Positions 8,796 through 20,000 of a DNA stretch of 20,000 nt are shown here, in pieces. The DNA lies in the NCBI GenBank assembly GCA_049999805.1, contig JBNGIO010006239.1, positions 298,308 to 318,307 of the forward strand, read 5' to 3'. This stretch comes from Folioceros fuciformis. Taxonomy: Eukaryota. The number at the start of each line of letters is the position of its first letter. The stretch's first letter is position 1. A model generated the notes under the pieces. That model was not told the DNA's origin. It saw only the letters and a program-made list of their open reading frames with translations, and searched no databases. Made by a program: the position numbers and the translations under genes.

Positions 8796-9158
8796 TGTAG
8801 ACGCAGCGCGAGGGAGACAATGCAGAGAATGCCAGAAGAACGCGATTTTGGCTTCCTCCTCGCTTGAGATGGCTGCTTGCATTATGCCGGCAGCATTGTG
8901 ATTATCAACGACCGTGGTCGATAAATCGGACGGGAATCGGTCACTGCGAACACGATTGTGAAACATAAAGCCGCGAACACGCTCAGCATGGACACAGCAA
9001 AACGCCAAAGGTTGGCACTTCTATATGACATTGAACAAGAATACATGTCATTGCAAGACTTTGTTCTACGCAAGCTGAGAAACCGTCTCTTCTTTGGCGC
9101 CATCCCTCCTACAAGAAGGCCGCAGAAGCTGAAGACCATTCAAAAGCAGCTGCCTTTT

Positions 9159-9419
9159 TCAGACTTCTTTGTCACCGTCTCCCGAGCCATCTGGCATGAG
9201 ATCAAGAATAACCACTGCCCGCGCTACGATTGGAATCCAGACGTCGGCACCAGGATACAGCACACAGGCCAAGGAAGTAATTCCGCATTCGAGGGCAGCT
9301 CGCCTGGCTTGGCGAACGTTTCCTGCCGAAAAATGGAAAGCACAAGCAAGGATCCCCACGAACGGAATCCATTCAAACAGTCGAGTCGCTGAGCCGTGTT
9401 TGCCGAAGGGATTTCCCAT
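9159..9419 (-). CDS. Small Met-Gly protein, 86 aa; paralog of 8424-8795; function unknown
   Basis: MGNPFGKHGSATRLFEWIPFVGILACAFHFSAGNVRQARRAALECGITSLA; same ACAATGGGA start context; TATA-like CTTATAAG near 9515-9522, ~100 bp upstream. Confidence 0.72.
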   Translation of the reverse strand: MGNPFGKHGSATRLFEWIPFVGILACAFHFSAGNVRQARRAALECGITSLACVLYPGADVWIPIVARAVVILDLMPDGSGDGDKEV

Positions 9420-9910
9420 TGTCTCTGGAGAACGAGCAACACAACGAGCACCGGGCTGCGCTTGCAGATTGTCCGAGAAGTTCCCTCATTGCATTGCGCC
9501 TTGGCAGTCCTCGGCTTATAAGGAGCCCATGCACTTACGCTCCATCTACTCTGCCAGAGTACAGTTAGTACTCGTCGGCGTAGCGTTTACGCTCGGGTGG
9601 AGTAAAACCAGGCCGTCAACCAAGAGTAAAGGGAAACGTAGGCCTCTACATTTGTTGTATGTACATAGGAGCGTCCTACTTCCTTTATAGTTCTAACGGT
9701 ACGTTTCCACCTAAACCGATACTTCAAGCGATTATCCATGTCCGATGCTATGAGTCGGTGTGGCTAAGTGTTTGCCTACCGTATGCAATAATCAAACCAT
9801 TCAGCCTACCTACGCACCTGGAATTGGAGGATCGCAACCTGGAGATCTGTTCTGCGACCTGAATCCACGCGAATCGATCTGCTGTCTGCGAGGTGCTGGT
9901 CGGTAGAGCC

Positions 9911-11067
9911 ATGACAACAGCTGCCCGGCCAACGTGGGCGCCGGCCAAGGGTGGCCATGAGCAGGGGGGAGTGCGAATGTTCGGGCCCTCTCAGAAGTTT
10001 TCATCGCGGGATCTCGCTTCACACACTGCTCTCAAGCTCAGGTACGGCGGGAAGGTGTTGAAGGTGATCTACTGGTGTGTGTGGGGTGGAAGGGTGTTGC
10101 GGTGCGTGCTGGTGAGCAGTGGTAGCCCCGTGGCTGGTTGCCCTAATTGGGAAGAAACTGTGTTTGTGTTGCTGCGCAGGAAGGATGGGCAGGACACCAC
10201 TGAGGAGCTGAGGAAGAGGAATATCAGGGAGGAGCTCGAGGACCGGGAAAGGAGGCACTTCTCGTCCAAGGACCGGAGTTATGCCTCGTCAAGCGTGAAA
10301 AGAGAGGAGGACAAGGTCTTGGCCATCAAGAACATAGATGCAGACGACTCTGATGTGGAGGCTCAAGCTTCGGACGAGAGGTGTGTTTGCGTGTGCCTGT
10401 TGTGGACGATTTGCTCGCTCTCCTGGAAGCCTTTGACAGGACCGATAGATGGTTGCCATGGTAGGTACCTCGTATGACATATTAGGGTTCCCGTGCTGTG
10501 TGTAGTGACGATGATGACGACGAGGATGAGACTGCCGCCTTGATGGCGGAATTGGAGAGAATAAAAAAGGAACGAGCCGAGGAGGCTCTGCGCAAGGTCA
10601 GTTGTTATCGCTTCTGTGTGGCAGATGCGGCCAGGAGGTTGTTGAGATCCAGGAGATCAAGATGCAGAGCTTGTAGTCTCCAAGCTTTGCATCTCTACGA
10701 AGGGTAACTGGGAGACGTGATGCGCTAGGGTTGTCTCACACTTATTTGGTGCGTGCAGGAAAGACAGCAGCAGGAGGACGAAATGAAAGTCAAAGAAGCG
10801 GAGATGATCAGAGGAAACCCTCTGATGAATGCAACATCCTTTGCAGTCAAACGAAGGTATCGCTAACGTTCCTGTGCTTCTTTCCAGACGGATTTTGGTC
10901 CTTTGGAATCATGCCTCACTCGATATTCTGCCTGGGTGCGCAGGTGGGATGACGACGTTGTGTTCAAGAACCAGGCCCGAGGGGAACCTAAGGTTTCCAA
11001 GCGCTTCATCAATGACACTATACGAAACGACTTCCACAGAAAGTTCTTGAACAAGTACATGAAGTAG
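9911..11067 (+). CDS. CWC15: Spliceosome-associated protein CWC15 (Cwf15), 214 aa. Exons 9911-10041, 10180-10380, 10506-10596, 10759-10856, 10944-11067
   Basis: Diagnostic N-terminus [24 protein letters not shown], central [23 protein letters not shown]-terminus [44 protein letters not shown]. All introns GT..AG with consistent phases (645 nt CDS). Confidence 0.97.
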
Positions 11068-11422
11068 GGCACCTGCCATACCCGTCTCACCTGTGGGCAG
11101 CTTGGACGTCTCTGCCCTGAGCCCTTGAGACAGACGTGGGTAGCGCACTGAGCCTCTTAATTTTGATGGCTCTTTCCTTTGTACACTACGATTGATTGAA
11201 ATATGTACATCCGAATGCTCCGATTTGTATTACTGATATCTTACCTATATAAGATACATCTGGCACAGACCGCCACACAAACAAGACAGGACGTGAAAGA
11301 TCGGGGAGGTTGAAGCTCCTTGATTTGTGTGGGAGTGGATGAGCTAATCCACAGCAGCCACAGGATGCGGGCGGGGTCGGGCATCCAGTGTGTCCAACGG
11401 TCAGAGTGGGCGGGCCCAGCGA

Positions 11423-11564
11423 CCAATGGTTGGCCACCACAACGCCATAGCCAATCAGCGCAGCTCTGTGCGATCTCCTCTATCCCCCTTGCCCACAGCA
11501 GCTGCCGATACGGAGCACCCGGCCTTACATTTCTCTGGACGCGACACAGCCCGCCTCCGATAAG
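11423..11564 (+). promoter_or_regulatory. Putative LHCA1 promoter elements: CCAAT boxes (11423, 11451) and I-box core GATAAG (11559-11564)
   Basis: Motifs typical of light-regulated Lhc promoters, 230-370 bp upstream of the ATG. They are short, so chance occurrence is possible. Confidence 0.4.
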
Positions 11565-11796
11565 ACGAGAAGCTGTAAGCCTGCCGCTCCCTTGGCCGCT
11601 CGGCCGCACGCTTCTCCTGCCCCTCTCTTCTCGACATTGAAGCCTGCAGGTCCAATTGCTCTCCGTCGTCAGCCTAGACAGCCAAGCCATTCAGTTCAGT
11701 CCAGCCATCTCGTCTACCCGTGGGTCGCACTGCACGGTTCCGGCGGAAGCAGCAGCCGGCGACGAGGCAGGAAAGAACCGCACTCCAAGTCGGACA

Positions 11797-12830
11797 ATGG
11801 CCACCGCCATGGCGTGCACCCAGCTGGCTGCGGCGGCTGCCGCTCCAGCCATCTCGATGCGCTCCAGGTTCTTCGCCGGTTCCAGCTCCGCGTCGCTGGC
11901 CATGCTCCCCACCAATGGCTCCAGGCTGAGCATGTCGGAGTGGCTCCCGGGCCAGCCCCGCCCCGCTTACCTTGACGGCAAGGCACCAGGGTAATGGAGA
12001 ATCCTTCCCCTGTTCTGGAATCCGGGTAGCGCATTGGCTGGGCCTGTGCAAGAATCTGACCACCCGAATGCTGTCTCCTGAAATGCAGTGACTTCGGCTT
12101 TGACCCGCTCGGCCTGGGCGAGGTGCCCGAGAATCTGGAGAGGTTCAAGGAGTCTGAGCTCATCCACGGGCGCTGGGCCATGCTTGCTGTGGTGAGCCTC
12201 GTTTCTCTCCTCCTTGATGCCGTGTCTGAATCAGGAGTTGGGTTGCAATGGCGTGATGTTGTGTTGCTCCCGGGTGCAGCCCGGAGTGCTCCTTCCTGAG
12301 GCCCTCGGGCTCGGCAACTGGGTGGATGCCCAAAAGTGGGCTGCCACCCCCGGAGGCCAGGCCACCTACCTCGGCACCCCGGTGCCCTGGGGCTACCTTC
12401 CCATCATTCTCACCGTCGAATTCCTCGCCATCGCTTTCGTTGAGGCCAAGAGGAACGACGAGAAGGATCCGGAGAAGAGGAAGTACCCTGGTGGCGCTTT
12501 TGACCCTCTGGGCTTCTCGAAGGACCCCAAGAAGCTCGAGGAGTTCAAGCTCAAGGAAATCAAGAACGGTAATGCTTGTGCGCCTGCTGATTGGCGTGTC
12601 ATGTATTATCGCATTCCCTTGAACTGTGGGAAGGGCAGCTAACTCCCGTCTGTCGCGTTATGTATGTAATTTCTCTTGCAGGCCGTCTCGCCCTTCTGGC
12701 CTTCCTCGGATTCTCTATCCAGGCCGTGGTGTATCCCGGAACCGGGCCCCTCGAGAACTTGGCTACCCACCTGGCTGACCCTTTCCACAAGAATATTGCG
12801 GAGATCGTGATCCCCAGGTCCATCCTGTAG
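11797..12830 (+). CDS. LHCA1: Photosystem I light-harvesting chlorophyll a/b-binding protein Lhca1, 244 aa. Exons 11797-11990, 12089-12191, 12280-12568, 12682-12830
   Basis: Ala/Ser-rich transit peptide, then [112 protein letters not shown] introns in phase (735 nt). Confidence 0.97.
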
Positions 12831-13434
12831 ACTAGCCGTTTAAGGTAGACGTAGGAAGTGATAGCGGGGTTACTGGTGCAAGATGCGTGGGTGTTCCTTC
12901 TGTACTGTATCATGGCTCGAGGCCCGCCGGAAGGCTGCCTCTTTTGTACACAGCATTTTTATCTTGCCTCTTTGATGATAAGAGAAACCTCTCTCCGTCT
13001 TCTCCCGTGATCCGCTGCGTCATGGAATGTCTTTCGGACACGAGTAGCAGAGCGAGTGACAGTATATGCCAATTCGATCGGCAGGCAAACTGTTTGGACT
13101 TTCGAGTATGCCATGCAGGCTGCAGGCCGGACTTGCGTTTCGGTGGGATGGAGAAATATAAGAAATCGGGTTGTACATGTGACTATTGTGCTTCCCCAAG
13201 TGAAGGTGGGAGAAAAGCTTAAGTTGGCGAGGTGTGGCCACAGTAGGTAAAAATTTGAATGACCATGGAGGATTTGAACGGGACAACTGCCCAGTTCGAT
13301 TTGAAATCAAGACTTCATCACCCTAATTGCCCGTCCACCACAAAGGTATGACGGAGAAAATCTCACACGGGTTGTCAGGGATGGTCTGAAGTCTACCTCG
13401 ATCCAGCTTGCTTCCGTGGCTGCTCCTCGGAAGC

Positions 13435-16400
13435 ATGGCCATCCGGGAGGCTGTTCCTCAGCACCCAGCTCGCTCCGTCTACCTGGCCAAGTCCGTACTC
13501 AAGAGCAGCGTGGTGCGTCAGGTTGTCCAGGGGCACATACGGTTGCCTACCAGCCTGGATGTCGTGCTTGGCAAGGTGTGTGGCTCCCGCGCCGAGATCC
13601 TTGCTGTTCAATTGCTGCTTGGCCCGTTTCATGTGCGTGTTGTGGCGAATTGAATTGGCCAATTTGGATGTTTGACGCTTGCCACGGGTTTGGAGGCAGT
13701 GTATTGGAATTTGGATGGAATTTAGGTTTTTCCGCGTCGAGGCGAATGTTGCGTGTGACGCTGGAGCGATGATCTGGACTTCCTGACGGTATGCATGTCG
13801 GTGGGTAGGAAACTGTTGTGGAGCTCGTGGTGGTTACAGAAAATGGAATGGTTCAGTCCTTTTGCGAGCAGTCAGTTTTTGGCAGCATCAGAGATCTTCG
13901 AGTTCTGCCATGGAATGGTCTGTACCAAAATCCGGGCTCTCAGGTCAGGGGCTCTCCGATCTGTTGCATGCAAATTCTGGCTTTGCGAAGCTATGGGCAT
14001 TGCACTGATTTGATTTCGTGGGAACCACAATTCAATGTATGCAGGCTGCTGGGAAGGACCTGTTGGTCCTCTTGTCTGATTCTGAGAAGCTCTCTTTCCT
14101 TACCTTCAGCATGGATCAGCACAGGTTTGTTGTTGTTTGGACGGGTTTGCATTGCACACATTCTGGTGCTGTACATTCGGCACTTGACCTTCACACCTTT
14201 CCAACTGTTGATTGGTACTTTATTCCTGGTTTGTGGGTAGGTTTGTGCCACTCTCCCACAAAACATTGCCACAGTCGAATTTCTCCCTCCGGAACTTGGG
14301 AAACCATCTGGTGGTACACCCTCGGTAAGGGATTAATTAGATTGGACCTTCTGGTGACACATCTGATCTTGAACAAGTCACACGTGGTGCTTATAATACG
14401 TATGCATGTTGGTGGAGACATTTGTGTCGTTGTAGCTAGTTTCTGTGATTTAATTGCACAATCTAATTCGTAAAGGTGCTGTTTCCAGCTTCAAAGTTGT
14501 TTTTCTGCAATGACAGGCCAACATAGCTATTGGTAAGCAGTGAGTTTCTGAATGCACATGCTCTTGGAAATTGGAAGGACAGGGGCCGTGCTGTTGCTGT
14601 GGGGGCTTTTGAAGATAGACTGGCCATCTTTCCTGCCAGTATTCAGGCAGGAAATGATATTGTGGAGCAGGTTTGTATAGGGCTTTGTATCTCGTGATGG
14701 TGTTTTCAACATTTTCTTTCTCCAGAATATGTCAAACCATTCCTTCGGTGTTTTTCTCTCTGAAGTTCTGGATGTTTAAATGGATGGTCAGCAGATGATA
14801 GCCTTTCCGCCATCTGTGTCAGTACTTGGGAGCACGGAGGCAAGCATTAGTGGCGAGAGGCTGAGTCTGATGGGGTGGGGTACCATTTGGAGCATGGCTT
14901 TTGTGAGCCTGACGGATGACAGCTCTGCAACAGGGCCTGAACAAGGATCAGAACTGCTCCTGGCTGTGTTGCTGCACAGGTTGGTGTCCATGCACTGCTA
15001 CTCACCTGCTATTCTCTTTAGCGGTACTTTGTTAGCTTTCTACCAGTGACAAACCAAAAGTTGCACCATGTCAGGAGAGGAACAGGTCACCTCGAGCTGC
15101 AGATCCTGGTGTGTGATACTATGAGACGCTCTATTATGGTATCCTGTCAATTCAATCCCTCAGCAGGCATTGCGCCTGATCCTATTGCGTACAACATACT
15201 GGATGTGCCAGCTCTCCCTGGTTTTTTGATAGTACTGAGGCATGGTGACATTATGCTCCTTGATGTGCGATCTATCAAGAGCATTAGAACAGTTGCTGTT
15301 GTCAAACTGGCTGATGATGGAAGCATGGGAGATAGTGGAGCTCATCCTGGCAAACGGTTGGGGGATGAGGAAATAAATTTTAATGCTGCCGCATCTGCGT
15401 TGTTGCTTCTCACTCGGGATGCCGAAAGTGCCAGTGTATATACTGGTGATGGTGGGAAGTCTGTAGAAGCACCATTAGATGGTGATTCTACCCGAAGCTT
15501 GGATCAGGTTCCATCACCCTATGTCAATGCCTGGACTTGGGAACCGGGTCAAAGCCCATCAAGGCTGATCTTGGGATTGGATTCAGGCCACATTTATGCT
15601 GCTAAGATCAGTGCTGAGAGACCTGATATAATAGTAGGCAGAGTTGAGTACACATGTGCTCCGTCAAGCATACTTTTGTGGACCGAAGGAAGTTTCCTTC
15701 TTGTATTTGTCCACATGGGGGATGGGCAGGTCCTTCAAGTGACAAATGGTGGGTTGACGTTTAAGAGCGTCATCCCAGACATCTCTCCTACACTAGACTC
15801 TACATTAGTGAATTTCCCTGGTAGGAGAGAGGATCACATATTTACATGTAGCGGTGCTGGAAAAGAAGGCTCGATACGAGTTATACGCAATGGACTAAGT
15901 GTTGAAAGGCTTATTAGTACTCCAGCTACCTACACTGGTGTGACGAACATATGGACTCTCCGCATGCGTCGTGCGGATGTAAATCATGCTTTCTTGGTCA
16001 TTTCTTTTGTCGGAGAGACAAGGGTGTTGTCTGTAGGACTGATCTTTGTAGATATCACGGATGATGTTGGGTTTGATCCCTTTGCCAGAACATTAGCATG
16101 TGGTAGGATAGAGGATGGATGGGTTGCACAAATTTGCAACAGAGAAGTTCGCTTATGTGCCCCTACGTCAGCAGCACGTCTGGGAGGGCTCATCTGTGAA
16201 TTGCCTGCTGTGTCATTGTGGAATCCAGGAGCTCTATGCATTAGCCTAGGTGCTGTGGCCCAAGGCAAGGTAATTGTGGCTTTGTCTCATCCAGGGTTGG
16301 TTGTAATGCTGGGGAGCAGCATACTAGGAAACGGCACACTCCAATTGGTTGAACTACAGCGATGCCAGCTGGCAGCAGAAATTTCCTCTATATGTATTCC

Positions 16401-19400
16401 TGATGAGGAAACGTTGGGGTGGTCGCCAGTGCCACCATCACTTGTCGGCTTGACAGAGGGCAATTTGGAAAGAGGTTTCCCAAGTGGTGTTAAAGTGAAC
16501 AATGTATGTCTTGTTGGTACCCACCAGCCGTCTGTGGAGCTCCTGTCAATCGTTCCAGGAGAAGGCTTTTGCCAACTTGCCACTGCTGCAGTAAAATTAC
16601 TGAATTCAAATGGTATGCCTTTGGGTGGCTGTGTACCTGAAAGTGTGAGGCTTGCTGTTTCCGACTGCCTATATGTACTTGCTGGTTTGCGGAATGGCTT
16701 TCTGCTCCGATATGAGTGGACACTCGTGGCAACTCGAGTTTCTTCAAACCAAGCTCTGGCAGCAGCAGAGTCTAGGTGCTCAGGAGCTGAAACTTCATTT
16801 GACGGTTCTCCACACAGGGAAAGGAGTTTTGTGGGGCAGAACAAATCAACCACAGTGGATGACAGGTCAAAGCCTGTGCAGTTGCATCTTGTATCTGTAC
16901 GCCGCATTGGTATATCCCCTGTCTCTCTCATTCCTCTCACGGCTTCTTTACGGTCGGATATACTTATTTTAGGTGATCGGCCATGGCTGCTGCAAACAGC
17001 AAGACAGAGCAGACAAATTTGGTACACATCTATTTCTTTCCAGCCGTCGACTTGTGCAACCCCTGTTAACATGCAGGAATGTCAGGATGGGATCTTGTTT
17101 GTTGCCGACTGCGGCTTACATTTGGTGCGTTCCAAACTCTCTGCTTGATGTCATATTTCTGCACCCTTTGTAGAGATGTTTCCCATATATTGTTAGCCTA
17201 ATCCTATCGTGTGTGCAACAGGTTGAGTTGGATCATGCAAGACTAAATGGTCAAAAGCTATCGTTGGGAAAGATGCCTTGGCGAGTAAAATACCATGCTA
17301 CTTCGAACACATTGTTGGCAATAAGGGCAGGTGATGGTGATGGACATGCTTCTGATATCTGTTGTGTCGACCCAGTTATTGGCACAATGCATTGCTGTTA
17401 CAAGCTAGACTCTGGGGAAATAGCCAGATCCATCACTATCTGGAAGGTTGGGCATGATGAAGTTATTGTCATTGGCACGTCCCTTAATACTGGTCCAATT
17501 GTACTTCCCAATGGTGAACCAGAGAGGTGCCTCAGCTACATCCATCACTTTGGAGTTTGGTTGATGATTACCTTTTCGAATATCTTTTTCTCATTGACAT
17601 CAAAACCTGTCCGTTTTACTTGATTTTTAGATCTGTTGAAGTTTTGCATCATCATTCTTTTAATACTTGCCCCATGGTGCAGTGGCAAAGGTCGCATTCT
17701 CGTCTTCCAACTACGACCAAGGAATTCCAAGGGCAGTGTTGCATTGTCGGGCCATGCTCAAGATTGTACATCTGAATCTTGGCCGGGCTCTGAAGGGGTT
17801 GGCAGAGATGTGCATATGCTTTCCGAAAGTGAAGGGTGGGAGCTGATTTTAAGAAGTCAGCAAGTTCTTTCAGGGGTAGTTCTTGCAGTTTGCCCATACA
17901 TGGGCCAATATCTGTTAGCATCTGCTGGAAATGCTGTAAGTATGAAACTGAAATTGTTTCTTTCATCCCGTCATCCGTTTCTTTGGTCTTATAATTTGCT
18001 ACTTTGTGACCCTGTCTATGTTCTGACTTATGAATGACAAAGGTTTGAATCTGAGCAGTTGTTCCAGGCGATTTCATCTGTTCATGAACTTATTTACTCT
18101 TTCTGTCATGTGTTCCGCAGCTTTGCTGCTTAGGACTTAGGCAAGATGGATCTCAACGTTTGAGGCGGCTTGCTGTAGTGAGGACTAGGTTTATGATCAC
18201 TAGCATCTCTGTTCACCTCATGCGAATTGCAGTCGGTGACTGTTGCGATGGAGTCCTCCTGTATTCTTTCCGAGAGGTTCGACATGTGTTTTTCCTTTTC
18301 CTTCTTGCTCATGCGAGTGTTTACTGGCCGTGGGTTGGTGCTCTCACCGTACCAGGAGCCTAGCTTATTCTGAACTCTGATCTGTATTGGACAGGATGAT
18401 AGTAGACTAGAACTATTGTACTGTGATCCGGGTAGGCGACTTGTTTCTAGTTGTGTACTTATTGACGAGGATACAGTTATGGCAACCGATTGGCATGGGG
18501 GCTTCTGTTCTTTATCTTGTGCCCACAGTGCTGAAGGTAATTGTGTGGACGTAAAAGTAGTGCTTGACGTTGGTTAGACCAGAGATCTCATGGTTGAGGA
18601 TACACACTAAGCTGTTCAGGAAACTTTACTACGTTGATGTTGACTTGCAGCAGTCCTTACCGTTCGTGTGGTTTGTAGGTGTGAATCCTGAGCGCAATCT
18701 CATTGTAACTTCCTGGTACAATATGGGGGAGACTGTGACAAGCATGTGCAAGGTGAGACATGTACTTATATCTAGTAACAGAAGTGGATTGGTACAAAAG
18801 CTTGTTGTGATAATAATAGTCGAATAATTACTGGTTAAGAGTATACTACTACGCCATTTTCACGGTTTAGACTACGTGCTCTGTGATAGAGAAACCTTTT
18901 CGATTCCCTTACCTCTCCTCGCTTCAGTGATGTTTCATTCAGTTCGCCAACTTTTTCCTTGTCTGGTAGATTTCAGTTCAAAGGTTTTAAAACTATACCA
19001 TATATGATAGATATCATAATAGTTTAATGTAAAATCATGGAATTGTTTTTTTTCTGACGAACGACTGATGCCTTACTGGACTTCTGTGACAATTCCTCGT
19101 TTGTTTTGGAAATCGCAGGGCTCTTTCTCTTACAGGATGCCTACGGAGGGCAAGACAAGGCCTTACATCGGCGGCTCTAGCAGCAGTCTCCCGTTTACTG
19201 CTGGGAGCTCGTCTGTAGTGGCTTGCTCAGCTCTGGGCAGCATCCTTATTTTCATGAGGATAACAAGGTGCTCTTTAATTATTGTTGTCGGGAGGAGATG
19301 AATATAGAGTTTTGGGAACAAGATTTTACCATGAAGTGTGTGGTACGCATGTGCAGTGAGGAGTACGACCTATTGAAAGAGGTACAGTCAAGGCTTGCCG

Positions 19401-19778
19401 TTTACCCCGCCACTGCTCCTTTACTAGGCAATGATCATGCTGCCTTCCGGAGGAAGGGCTGTCCAGTAAGTGTCTCGCATTGATTGGATGATATTCTCTA
19501 TCTGGAAGTTTGCTCATTTGATACTAGAGCTGGGAATGTACTTCTTATTTGAGAGAATTTCTGTCGTTCCACAGGTGGGAGCCGATGAAGTGCTGGACGG
19601 TGACATGCTGTGGCAATTCTTGGAGTTGAGCAGTGCCCAGCAACAAGCAGTTTTGTCTTTGCAGCTACCTACGTTCCCTGGAGTTCACCAAGCACACCAC
19701 CTCTCGTCCCTGCAATCGAGGCTGTCATTGGATCAGGTTCTGCGAGTACTTGACGGGGTCCACAATCTTGTCACATAA
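13435..19778 (+). CDS. SF3B3(RSE1)/DDB1/CPSF160-family triple beta-propeller protein (AT3G11960-like), ~1384 aa. Exons 13435-13575, 13809-13943, 14045-14124, 14241-14324, 14583-14670, 14795-14979, 15075-17124, 17222-17526, 17683-17935, 18121-18276, 18395-18536, 18679-18752, 19119-19267, 19357-19465, 19575-19778
   Basis: 15 exons with GT..AG junctions keep frame (4155 nt). Motifs YLAKSVLKSSVV..DVVLGKET.VELVVV.E.G.VQS.CEQ.VFG.I.DL, GKDLLVLLSDS.KLSFL.F, IFTCSGAGKEGSIRVIRNG, FLVISFVGETRVLSVG, RIAVGDC.DG, PLLGNDH..FR, VLDGDMLWQFLEL fit the MMS1_N/CPSF_A family. Confidence 0.92.
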
Positions 19779-20000
19779 ATTCCCAGTTCCGTCTGAGCTC
19801 GGATTGTACAGACCAACGTTCGACCACCGTGTTTCACATTGTCCTAGTAGGATGTATATTATCACGAGACTCGACAACTCATGTACCATACAAAAACTCG
19901 CACTAAATGAAAACGTGGATTCTGGAAAACAAGCGCCTTGGGCTGACGCCGGAAAGAAACTCGAATCATAGAAACTGAACTACTCGTGATGTTCATAAGG

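Noticed and set aside
8796-9008. N-terminal 71 aa of track ORF 8424..9008
   Set aside because: Non-ATG start; homology to the paralog begins exactly at the ATG at 8795, which has a good context.
8958-9690. Plus-strand ORFs of 144 aa and 173 aa
   Set aside because: No recognisable motifs, and they overlap antisense to the better-supported 9159-9419 gene.
11186-11796. Multiple ORFs upstream of LHCA1
   Set aside because: GC-rich promoter/5' UTR with few stop codons; no protein signal.
16287-17072. 261-aa antisense ORF, and other antisense ORFs over the SET, LHCA1 and CFAP genes
   Set aside because: Shadow frames of real coding exons with no independent motifs.

Overview
Eukaryotic nuclear DNA from a gene-dense land plant with short GT-AG introns (mostly 85-250 bp). 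A flagellar axoneme gene together with LHCA1 points to a plant with flagellated sperm (bryophyte, lycophyte or fern; the compactness fits a hornwort or Selaginella-like genome, by inference). Left to right: the 3' part of a CFAP210/CCDC173-like TPH coiled-coil gene (75-1713, +); an AT-rich decayed region (~1750-4850) with a SufD pseudogene fragment, a degenerate Ty1/copia gag and a tandemly duplicated PBS/LTR junction, all on the - strand; an intronless TPR+SET methyltransferase (5261-7615, +); two small paralogous Met-Gly proteins in tandem on the - strand (8424-8795 and 9159-9419) that the ORF track obscures; then three conserved spliced genes on +: CWC15, LHCA1 and a ~1384-aa SF3B3/DDB1/CPSF160-family beta-propeller gene. 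The most interesting items are the tandem small-protein pair and the SufD fragment in line with the copia remnant. Family assignments come from recalled motifs, not database searches.
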